Shown: in pieces, positions 1-8,303 of the stretch
Numbering within the stretch: position 1 is the stretch's first letter
Layout: each line of letters begins with the position of its first letter
Assembly (NCBI GenBank): GCA_024276825.1
Contig: JAJRWI010000035.1
Span: 1-12,874, forward strand
Length of the DNA: 12,874 nucleotides
Direction: 5' to 3'
From: an archaeon
Lineage (GTDB): Archaea > Asgardarchaeota > Thorarchaeia > Thorarchaeales > Thorarchaeaceae
Notes under the pieces: generated by a model
What the model saw: the letters and a program-made list of their open reading frames with translations, nothing else
The model's database searches: none
What the model was told of the DNA's origin: nothing
Program-made: the position numbers and the translations under genes

Positions 1-121
1 CAGAAGTAGAACATTTCTCAATACAATCAGGTGGTTGTGATTTGATTGTTCAGATGGCATTGTATCCATTGAAAAAAGCTATTAGGCAAATATCTCTGCG
101 TCAGGGACGCGGCGATGAGTC

Positions 122-2017
122 ATGGCGGAAAAGGTGAATGATTGGACAGAGCGTTATAAGAAGAAAATCTTGACAGCAGAGCGAGCGATAAAGCAGATTA
201 AGAGGGGTTCACGAATCTTTCTTGGAACTGGATGCGGAGTGCCATATCATCTGGTGCAGGAACTTGCAAAGAGTGCAGCTCGGATGGCCGACAATGAGAT
301 CGTCCATCTATTAACTCTGGGTGATACACCCTCAGCTGACCCAGAATTTCAGAATCAGTTTAGACACAATTCTTTCTTCATCAGTGAGAACATGAGAGAT
401 GCGGTCTCTGAAGGACGAGCAGATTACACTCCAATAATGCTGTCAGACATTCCATATCTCTTCAAGAGGGGAAGAATGGCAATAGATGTTGCACTGATTC
501 AGGTAAGCCCACCTGATAGACATGGTTATTGTTCCTTAGGAATCTCTGTAGACATCACAAAGTCTGCTGCTGAAAATGCTGACATGATCATCGCTCAAGT
601 CAATGAGAACATGCCATTTACTCATGGTGACACTTTCATCAATGTCAGAGATATTGACTATCTCGTTCCCTATACCGAACCCATATTCGAGTTTCATGCT
701 GATGAGCCAAATGAAACGATTCAGTTGATAGGCTCCTATGTTGCAAGATTGATTGAGAATGAATCCACATTAGAACTCGGAATCGGAGCCCTCCCACAGG
801 CAGTATGCACCAGTCTATTGGAAACTGGCGTAAATGACCTCGGCATTCATACAGAGATGTTCAGCGACAGTCTGATCGACTTGATTGAGTCAGGCGTCGT
901 CACTTGCAAAAAGAAGACTCTTCACCCAGGCAAAGTCATTGCAAGTTTTGTCATGGGTACTAAAAAGCTGTATGACTATATCGACAACAACCCGCTATTT
1001 GAGTTTCATCCATCAGAGTATGTGAATGATCCATATATCATCGCTCAGAACAACAAGATGGTAGCAATCAACTCTGCATTAGAAGTCGATCTAACAGGAC
1101 AGGTTTGTGCAGACTCAATTGGCCATAAATTCTACAGTGGTATCGGCGGTCAGGTTGACTTTATCCGTGGTGCAAAGAGGTCTCCAAAGGGTAAAGCGAT
1201 AATATGCATGCAATCTACTGCAATGGATGGAACGGTTTCGCGAATTGTTCCAAGACTTAGTGAAGGTGCGGGTGTGGTTACAACGCGTGGAGATGTTGAC
1301 ATAGTGGTCACTGAATATGGACTCGCATCATTGCATGGTAAGACTATCCGTGAACGCGTATTGTCGCTAATTGCCATTGCTCATCCCAAGTTCAGAAATG
1401 AACTATTGGAAGCAGCAAAGAAAATGAAGTATGTCTTTGAGGACCAAGTACCATTCAAATCAAAGGGCACCTACTTCGCATCGGAGTACGAGACCTCTGA
1501 AGTATTCAAAGGACCTGATGGCAGACCTATACGAGTCCATTTCAGATTGATTCGTCCCGATGACGCAGACAGAATCAAGGAGTTGTTCTATGACCTCTCT
1601 GAAGAAAGTATTTTCTTCCGCTTTCTGACTCCGCTTAAGAGCCTACGCAGGCAGACATTACAGGATTTCTATGATGTAGATCAGGACAGAGACATTTCAA
1701 TCGTGGCAGTAATCAAGCCTGATGATGAGAGTGAGACTGAACGAATTATAGGCGCTGCCAGATATCTGTTGGACAGAAGTACAAATGAAGCAGAGTTCGC
1801 CTTACTTGTTCAAGACGACTATCAGAATCGTGGTATTGGAACATTCATGTTGAATCATCTCATGAGGATTGCAAGAAGCAAGGGTGTAGAGACCTTTGTC
1901 GCTTATGTGCATCCCCGCAATTATCCAATGATCAAGTTCTTGCACAAGAGGGGCAACATCATTGAGAGTAGACTCAGCATGGCTGATGATGAGTATATTT
2001 TCAAGATCAAGCTATAG
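122..2017 (+). CDS. Acetyl-CoA hydrolase/transferase family protein (4-hydroxybutyrate CoA-transferase-like) fused to a C-terminal GNAT acetyltransferase domain
   Basis: 631-aa ORF. Family I CoA-transferase motifs: DVALIQVSPPDRHGYCSLGISVD, LGIGALP, LGIHTEMFSD (catalytic Glu position, E245), INSALEVDLTGQV, SGIGGQVDFIRGA, VVTEYG. The last ~170 aa resemble the GNAT of Pat/PatZ acetyltransferases (IRPDDADRI..F..LSEESIFFRF, AEFALLVQDDYQNRGIGT acetyl-CoA-binding motif A, N.PMIKFL.K.G). Confidence 0.92.
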   Translation: MAEKVNDWTERYKKKILTAERAIKQIKRGSRIFLGTGCGVPYHLVQELAKSAARMADNEIVHLLTLGDTPSADPEFQNQFRHNSFFISENMRDAVSEGRADYTPIMLSDIPYLFKRGRMAIDVALIQVSPPDRHGYCSLGISVDITKSAAENADMIIAQVNENMPFTHGDTFINVRDIDYLVPYTEPIFEFHADEPNETIQLIGSYVARLIENESTLELGIGALPQAVCTSLLETGVNDLGIHTEMFSDSLIDLIESGVVTCKKKTLHPGKVIASFVMGTKKLYDYIDNNPLFEFHPSEYVNDPYIIAQNNKMVAINSALEVDLTGQVCADSIGHKFYSGIGGQVDFIRGAKRSPKGKAIICMQSTAMDGTVSRIVPRLSEGAGVVTTRGDVDIVVTEYGLASLHGKTIRERVLSLIAIAHPKFRNELLEAAKKMKYVFEDQVPFKSKGTYFASEYETSEVFKGPDGRPIRVHFRLIRPDDADRIKELFYDLSEESIFFRFLTPLKSLRRQTLQDFYDVDQDRDISIVAVIKPDDESETERIIGAARYLLDRSTNEAEFALLVQDDYQNRGIGTFMLNHLMRIARSKGVETFVAYVHPRNYPMIKFLHKRGNIIESRLSMADDEYIFKIKL

Positions 2018-2030
2018 TTGAAACAATACA

Positions 2031-4508
2031 TCATCTATGCCTTCTTGAAACTAAGAGTACTATGACAGATACCATGCCAATCAGTAGAATGATGGCCATT
2101 ATGGCAGGATCGGGAAGAGATAGATTACCTGAACCATTTGAAGGTATAGTAGTTGAGGTGGATGTTTGGGTTGACGTTGAAGTAGTTGTGTCATTAGAAT
2201 ATTCAAGAACTGTGACAAATACAGTATCTTTTGCTGCATTGTCATAATAATCTTGTACAACAATGGTGTAATTATGGGTTCCCAAAGGAAGACCATCCAC
2301 ATCGATAATGACGGAAACATTTGCACCATGGTCAGAGTAAATAAGCTCAGAGTCTTTAAACACATTAATACTGATGTTATGTTCATCAGTAGGGCTCCAA
2401 GTTATGTTATGTCCAGTTTCACCGTAGTAGTATTCAATGTCTGGTGGATGATTGAGTGTTGGGGCATCATAGTCGACTTGATAGACATCCACAATTGCGT
2501 CATCAGAAGCATTGTTGTTTGAGGTGTCAAAGACAACCATAGTGAGCTGATGTTGCCCGAGGTTCAGGTTATCAATACTCACGATGATGTCAGAGCCATT
2601 CCAAGAGCCTGATTCTTTTAGTAAGCCATCAATGTATAGCTCATAGTGGCTTGGAAACTTATCATATGCATACCATTTGAGGGTGTTTCCAGTAGATTTG
2701 TAACCTATGGCAGGATTGTATGAGTGCCAGAGTGTTGGCGGTCTGATATCTAACCCTTTAATTGGATAGTGATCAACAGCTCTTGCAGTACCAGATATCT
2801 GATAATAACCTGTGCCGTTGTAGTCATCCCATTCATTGCCTGTATCAATCGCATTGTCCCACATGTTGTCAGATGAGTTATCAACAGCATTGATCACATT
2901 GCTCAAGATAGCATTTCCCCAGATAGAGTTATTACCAGAGCTTCCAGCTGAATAGATTCCAATCCCTTCAGTGAGCTGAATTGTGTTATTCAAAATCGAG
3001 CTATTCGTTACGCCGTAGAGATAGAGACCGTATTCTTGATTGGCAGACAACAGATTGTTAGTGAACTCGCCAAATCCAGAACCAGTAATCCTAGCGCCAA
3101 CATTGTTTGATATTATTTTGTTGAAGGAAATTGTGATATTGCCACCTAACAACCAGAGTGCATAGTCAGAATCAGTGATTGTATTGTTCAAGACTTGAAT
3201 ATCCTGTAGAGCATCACCTTGAATACCTACTCCAGTGGTTTCTGAAAACGTATTGTTGAGTAATGTTATGTTTTCACTTGACCTGAGCCAAGCAGCATAA
3301 TATGATCCTCTAACTTCACTATTTGAGATTGTCAAATTGCTGCTATTCTCAATGAATAAATTGGAATCGTCAGCAGATGAATAAAATCTACTGTTATCTA
3401 TTACCGTAAGATTGGCATATTCAACTTCAATAGCATTCCTGCAATTGTTTACGAATATATTGCTTAGTGTAATTCTTGTTGAAAACTGAACTCGCACTCC
3501 AATGGATAGATTTTCAATCTCAGCATTGAAAATAATCAATTCAGAAGAGTTCCCAATCAGCAGCTGTCCATATTCACTGGCATCAATTGTTAATCCACTT
3601 GCATTGAAGAAATAGCCCAGTTTCTTACCATTTACTAGATTGTTCTGGAAGGTGTGGGCCCAATCACCAGTGTCCGAAGCATAGATGTCAAAGCCACAAT
3701 AAGTAAGATTATTGTCCGAAATGCTGTTGAATGATGAGGAGAAGATCTTAATGCCATCTGCCCGATTGAGTCCAATAATGGTGTTATTTCTAATCTCAGA
3801 ATAATAGAGATATTGCAAACTCATTCCATAGTCAGTGGCTTCAGTGATTATGTTTGACTCAATAATAGTATTAGAAGAAAAGATTGCATATATTCCATAT
3901 TTGCTGCCAGGTTCAATCGTATTTTCTGCAACCTGAAGGTCATTACTAAATCCAATTCTAATGGGAGCCTCATCATGGGCACCAAATGAATTGTCTGTAA
4001 TGTTGCAGTAGGATTCTTGTGTGAAAAAGATTCCATAGACATTGTCATAGAACACATTGCCTTCAATCGTCATGTTTGGTGAATGAAGCACATAGAGTCC
4101 ACGATAGTTTTGAGTGAAGATGTTTGAGTAGATGCGAGAATTAGTGGCATTGTCCATGTAGATCCCACTGCTGCTACTCTTGTCCATTGAATTCAGCAGA
4201 CAATTTTGGATGATGAAGTAGGCTCTTGTGTCTTGGATATTGATGCAGTCACCTGTTCCTGTGATGTTTAGGTTCTCAATTCTATACGGATCGCCTTTAG
4301 TTCCACTTCCAGGCCAACCTTGCGAGGAAAAATCTGAATCAGATGCAATTGTGATGGGTCCGTGATTCACATAAGCAATAGCAGTTTGTAATGTCGTTTG
4401 TATCTCATGTGATATAATAGCATCACTCGCCTGATAATTTGTTAAAACTGAATTCATGAGAAATGCTGAAAATAAAAGAAGACAGAATATTGTGAGATCA
4501 TTTCGCAT
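2031..4508 (-). CDS. Secreted, membrane-anchored right-handed parallel beta-helix (NosD/CASH-like) surface protein with 2 Ig-like repeats
   Basis: 825 aa. N-terminal hydrophobic signal, GWPGSGTKGDPY cap, many I.NN.I/GI.L coils of ~22-23 aa, GNEWDDY...DHYP C-cap, two ~90-aa Ig-like repeats, Thr/Ser linker, TM helix, basic tail RRHR. Convergent with the 122..2017 gene, with a 13-bp gap. Confidence 0.88.
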   Translation of the reverse strand: MRNDLTIFCLLLFSAFLMNSVLTNYQASDAIISHEIQTTLQTAIAYVNHGPITIASDSDFSSQGWPGSGTKGDPYRIENLNITGTGDCINIQDTRAYFIIQNCLLNSMDKSSSSGIYMDNATNSRIYSNIFTQNYRGLYVLHSPNMTIEGNVFYDNVYGIFFTQESYCNITDNSFGAHDEAPIRIGFSNDLQVAENTIEPGSKYGIYAIFSSNTIIESNIITEATDYGMSLQYLYYSEIRNNTIIGLNRADGIKIFSSSFNSISDNNLTYCGFDIYASDTGDWAHTFQNNLVNGKKLGYFFNASGLTIDASEYGQLLIGNSSELIIFNAEIENLSIGVRVQFSTRITLSNIFVNNCRNAIEVEYANLTVIDNSRFYSSADDSNLFIENSSNLTISNSEVRGSYYAAWLRSSENITLLNNTFSETTGVGIQGDALQDIQVLNNTITDSDYALWLLGGNITISFNKIISNNVGARITGSGFGEFTNNLLSANQEYGLYLYGVTNSSILNNTIQLTEGIGIYSAGSSGNNSIWGNAILSNVINAVDNSSDNMWDNAIDTGNEWDDYNGTGYYQISGTARAVDHYPIKGLDIRPPTLWHSYNPAIGYKSTGNTLKWYAYDKFPSHYELYIDGLLKESGSWNGSDIIVSIDNLNLGQHQLTMVVFDTSNNNASDDAIVDVYQVDYDAPTLNHPPDIEYYYGETGHNITWSPTDEHNISINVFKDSELIYSDHGANVSVIIDVDGLPLGTHNYTIVVQDYYDNAAKDTVFVTVLEYSNDTTTSTSTQTSTSTTIPSNGSGNLSLPDPAIMAIILLIGMVSVIVLLVSRRHR
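2202..2750 (-). repeat. Two tandem ~90-aa Ig-like stalk domains (protein-level repeat)
   Basis: Both units fit PT..H.......TG....W...D............I..D.L.LG.H..T.VV.D...N.A.D...V.V. Boundaries are approximate. Confidence 0.75.
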
Positions 4509-4600
4509 GCTATTTTCCCCAACTGTGAATTAACTCCTACTGAGAAGAATAATTGGAGCTATTAATGAAACATATGAAGGGGAGTGTTATAGAGTTTTTG

Positions 4601-4633
4601 AAAAATAGGAGGAGAGGGAAAGGACTCCCTCTC
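4601..4633 (-). terminator. Stem-loop followed by a pyrimidine/U tract, downstream of the 1214-aa gene
   Basis: Perfect 8-bp stem GAGAGGGA (4612-4619)/TCCCTCTC (4626-4633) with a 6-nt loop, 10 nt after the stop codon. On the - strand it is followed by CTCCTATTTTT. Confidence 0.65.
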
Positions 4634-4643
4634 AAGTATATAA

Positions 4644-7600
4644 CTAACTCTTCTTCTTACGAATGTAGTAGATCACACCAATGACTAATATTGTTCCAGC
4701 AGTACCAGCAAGAATCAGCATTATCATGGTTGGACTCAGACCTTCAGCAGGAGTCGTTGTAGTAGTTATTGTTGGTAAGCCCGAAGGCAGTACATACACT
4801 ATGACCGTATCAGTCGCACTGTTGTATGCTCCATCGTATACGGCTAATTCAAATTCATACACACCAACATCCAGTCCGTCAAGTGAGATTGCAATTCTTT
4901 CGCCTGCCCAATCTCCAGTATTTACAAGACTGCCATTTATGAACAGTTTGTAATGATCTGGATGTTCATCGGTTGGACTCCAGATTATCACTTGACCCAA
5001 TGTTCCTTCATTCATAGCAACATCATCAGGATTGTCGATTGTTGGTGCTGTGTCATCCACTATGACAACTACCCTTACACTGTCACTAGCAGAGTTTCCA
5101 TCAATATCATAGACTGTCATGATGATATCATGGGTTCCCACAGAGAGAGAGCCGAAATCAACTCCAATCTGTTGAGTCTGAAATTCCCAGTTGCCATTTA
5201 CAAACAATGTGCCATCAACAGTAACTGAATATGTCCCAGGATGCAGGTCTTCTGCGGTCCAGACAATCATTTGGTTAGGACTTCCATGAAACAGGGTTGT
5301 GTCACTCTCATGACTCAGGGTTGGAGTGGTGTCGTCGAAAATATTGACCATAACACTGTCAATGACATAATTTTGATAGATATCCCAAACAGTCACCTCT
5401 ACTATGTGAGTGCCATATGAAAGACCATCAATATTGACAGTGATATTATTGAAATTCCATGCATCGGAATCCCAGAGATAGCCATCAATTGTCACAGACC
5501 AATTCTTGAGATTATCATCAAAAGGCAGCCATGTTATGGTATTCCCAGTTGATCCCTCTGCATACGACACATCCATTGGTTGGTTGATGATTGGTGTCGT
5601 TGTTGTAAACTTCGATGGATAGTGATCTATTGAATCGGCATCTATATTGTAAACGCCCAAACCAGAGTAGTCATCCCATGTGTTGCCAGATGAAACGCCA
5701 TCATCCCATGACATTGCAACATTATCGCGTCCATTTGCTATAAGATTCATAACAAAAGTATTGTTGTAAATCACTATGTTGGTTGAACTGACGATGTCAA
5801 CACCATAGTTAGTATTCCACCTGAACAAATTGTCATGGATGGTCATATTGTCGACTGATGATATGTACAGCCCTGTTTGGCATTCTTCAATATTGTTTTG
5901 AAAGATATGCCCAGTTTGAGTAAAGATACCAGGCAAATTAATGCCATATAATGAACAATGTTCAATGGTGTTGTATGCAATTGTAAAGTCGTTAAGGTTA
6001 TACATTACTATTCCAGTACTACTGTCGTAAATGTAATTATTTATAATGGATGTATATTTGAAACTAGCCGCATTGAGATAAATTGCATCTTTGTATGAAT
6101 GGTAGAATTCATTATTTGCATAAGTCTGGTTGTGCGATGTATAGCATTTGATTCCAATATAATTGGAAACGAAACTAGATTGCGATACCGTGATGTTATC
6201 TGATGAGGTAATATAAACACCAACATCATTCATGTTTCGAAACTGACTGAATGAACAATTGGACACACTGGAGAAGTCGGATATTCTTAGACTCACACCA
6301 TAGCTCGCATAATTATTGTTTATGCTCTCAAAGTGTGAGTCAATAATCTCAGTGTTTTCTGATTCATAAGCAATCACTCCAAACATATTATCAGATGAAA
6401 TTATGCTTGTAACAGAAATGCCAGGGGAATAGAAGATTTCAATTGCCGCGGTGCATCTTTCAAATATACCGTTAGTTATGGTGCCACTACTGTTGAATAA
6501 GAGTATTTGTCCATATTGAGTGCCATCGACATTTCCTGCAGGGGTGTCAGTCAAATAGAGGATTGGCTTGGAGTTAACCATATTGTTGCTTATCGTATGT
6601 ATATAGGAATCTATTGGATCACCCGGAACGAAATAAATACCGCAATTTGTGAGGTCATTGTCTTGTATGGTCAAGTTTTCATTTTGTATGAAATTCATGC
6701 CGTATAGAGCATCAGTGATGGTATTATTCTGAATCACTATATTTTGTGATGACGTTTCAAATATTCCAGCCCATGAAAAACTGGATAGTGAGTTGAGTTC
6801 GACAGTGCCATCTTGGGAATTATCAAAGAAAATTCCTTGTTGGAAGTCATTAATCAAATTGTTGCTAATTAGAAAGTTTGTACACGAAATGATTCTGATT
6901 CCATCTCCATCACCGCCTGTTATCAGGTTATTGCTGATATAGATACCAGTGCAGATTTCAAGCGAAAATCCATCGGAATCAACAACACCATCATTGTCAA
7001 AAAGGCTCAAATTCTCCGATTGACTTGCGGTCAGAAGGGTTTCAACATTCGTGAACATATTTGATTCAACCACAATGTGGTTTGATAGAGTCATAGAAAT
7101 GCCAGTCTGAAATCCATCAAACTGAGCATTTCGAATCTCCGTGTTGTTAACAGTATCTAGACTCGCTCCAGTGAAAGCGGTTGATGACACAGTGAGATTC
7201 TCAATATGAATCCAGTTCGAGTTGGTGACTGTGACACCATCTTTTGCTACCTGACCTAGATCAATCGTTCTCAATGTCACATATTCACTATCATCAATTA
7301 TGATTCCTGATGCTGTTGTGTCTAATGCATTTCCTCCTGATATCTCAGCAATTTGGCAATTCTGCAAATTCAAGAGAGTAGAAACACTAATGAATTGGTT
7401 GTTAGTGAAAAGTAAATTCGTTGAACCAGATACATCAATGGCATAAGTATCGATGTTCTTGAAAAGGCTGTTTGTAATGTTGATGTTATCCAAGCTAGAA
7501 GCATGAACGCCCCTACCTTGACCATCTGCATAAATGCCATTGATTGAAGTGTAATTGCAGACTGCAAGTCGTATTGCGGTCAATTTGCCATTTAGAAAAC

Positions 7601-8288
7601 GGTCATTTGATATATCAATGTAATTGCTTGATGAAAAGTAGGTGATGTAGTAAGACGGGTTGTCTGTTATGTAGTCATTGCCAATGCTTGTGATGTAGTC
7701 GGTCTGTGATATTGTCATAGCCCGCCTATCATCAGATGATATAATGTTATGAAGAACTGAAACATACTCGGAATAATGTATATTCAGAGCAATGTCTTGT
7801 GCGGAGTGAATGTTGCAGTAAGAGATCTCCAAGTTTTGTGTGCCATTGATATAGATTGCATAGTTATCCAACGCATCAATATCTGAATACTCAATTGTCG
7901 CATGACTGACCTGATTGAAATGAATCGCATAATCATTCCCTTTATGATCAAGCCAGACATCACTTATGACAAAATATGCATCTGTGTTTATGATTCTGAT
8001 ACATGGTTCTGATATTGATGTGGTGATATTGAGTCCATGGATCAAGAAGGGGTCATCAGAAGCGCCTGAACCGGGCCAGCCTTGTGCAATGAAGTCATCC
8101 GTTCCATTTATGAAGATAGGAACATGATTCGTATATTCACCCGGATCAAGGCGAGAACCAGGTTCTTGTGTAAGGCTCATCTGCTTTTTTGGCATGGAGT
8201 ATGTGGACCCCATTGTATTTGAAACAAACACTGGTTGTAGTATTATCAGAGCCATTAGAATGATTGAGGCTATTCTGTATACTCTCAT
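4644..8288 (-). CDS. Large secreted, membrane-anchored beta-helix (NosD/CASH-like) surface protein with 3 Ig-like repeats; paralog of 2031..4508
   Basis: 1214 aa. Signal peptide, GWPGSGASDDPF cap, long run of beta-helix coils, VNSKPILY...YGQILLFN insertion, GNTWDDY...DHYP cap, three Ig-like repeats, TITTTTT linker, TM helix, RKKKS tail. Confidence 0.88.
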   Translation of the reverse strand: MRVYRIASIILMALIILQPVFVSNTMGSTYSMPKKQMSLTQEPGSRLDPGEYTNHVPIFINGTDDFIAQGWPGSGASDDPFLIHGLNITTSISEPCIRIINTDAYFVISDVWLDHKGNDYAIHFNQVSHATIEYSDIDALDNYAIYINGTQNLEISYCNIHSAQDIALNIHYSEYVSVLHNIISSDDRRAMTISQTDYITSIGNDYITDNPSYYITYFSSSNYIDISNDRFLNGKLTAIRLAVCNYTSINGIYADGQGRGVHASSLDNINITNSLFKNIDTYAIDVSGSTNLLFTNNQFISVSTLLNLQNCQIAEISGGNALDTTASGIIIDDSEYVTLRTIDLGQVAKDGVTVTNSNWIHIENLTVSSTAFTGASLDTVNNTEIRNAQFDGFQTGISMTLSNHIVVESNMFTNVETLLTASQSENLSLFDNDGVVDSDGFSLEICTGIYISNNLITGGDGDGIRIISCTNFLISNNLINDFQQGIFFDNSQDGTVELNSLSSFSWAGIFETSSQNIVIQNNTITDALYGMNFIQNENLTIQDNDLTNCGIYFVPGDPIDSYIHTISNNMVNSKPILYLTDTPAGNVDGTQYGQILLFNSSGTITNGIFERCTAAIEIFYSPGISVTSIISSDNMFGVIAYESENTEIIDSHFESINNNYASYGVSLRISDFSSVSNCSFSQFRNMNDVGVYITSSDNITVSQSSFVSNYIGIKCYTSHNQTYANNEFYHSYKDAIYLNAASFKYTSIINNYIYDSSTGIVMYNLNDFTIAYNTIEHCSLYGINLPGIFTQTGHIFQNNIEECQTGLYISSVDNMTIHDNLFRWNTNYGVDIVSSTNIVIYNNTFVMNLIANGRDNVAMSWDDGVSSGNTWDDYSGLGVYNIDADSIDHYPSKFTTTTPIINQPMDVSYAEGSTGNTITWLPFDDNLKNWSVTIDGYLWDSDAWNFNNITVNIDGLSYGTHIVEVTVWDIYQNYVIDSVMVNIFDDTTPTLSHESDTTLFHGSPNQMIVWTAEDLHPGTYSVTVDGTLFVNGNWEFQTQQIGVDFGSLSVGTHDIIMTVYDIDGNSASDSVRVVVIVDDTAPTIDNPDDVAMNEGTLGQVIIWSPTDEHPDHYKLFINGSLVNTGDWAGERIAISLDGLDVGVYEFELAVYDGAYNSATDTVIVYVLPSGLPTITTTTTPAEGLSPTMIMLILAGTAGTILVIGVIYYIRKKKS
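4785..5600 (-). repeat. Three tandem ~90-aa Ig-like stalk domains (protein-level repeat)
   Basis: Units begin TTPIINQPMD, TTPTLSHESD and TAPTIDNPDD. They share I.W...D, (D/N)G.L....W, D..L..G and V.D...N...D.V.V. Boundaries are approximate. Confidence 0.78.
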
Positions 8289-8293
8289 TCATT

Positions 8294-8299
8294 ATCACC
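8294..8299 (-). promoter_or_regulatory. Archaeal-type Shine-Dalgarno GGTGAT for the 1214-aa gene
   Basis: GGTGAT lies 5 nt upstream of ATG 8288, inside the 15-bp gap after the upstream stop. This suggests the two genes are co-transcribed. Confidence 0.7.
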
Positions 8300-8303
8300 A
8301 TCC

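Noticed and set aside
77-84. AGCTATTA shared with 4557-4564 as a common promoter motif
   Set aside because: An AT-rich 8-mer, in opposite orientation relative to the two downstream genes. Compatible with chance.
2031-8288. NosD annotation taken as evidence of nitrous oxide reductase maturation
   Set aside because: Only the generic beta-helix fold is shared. There are no nos genes here, and the Ig stalk plus anchor indicates surface proteins.
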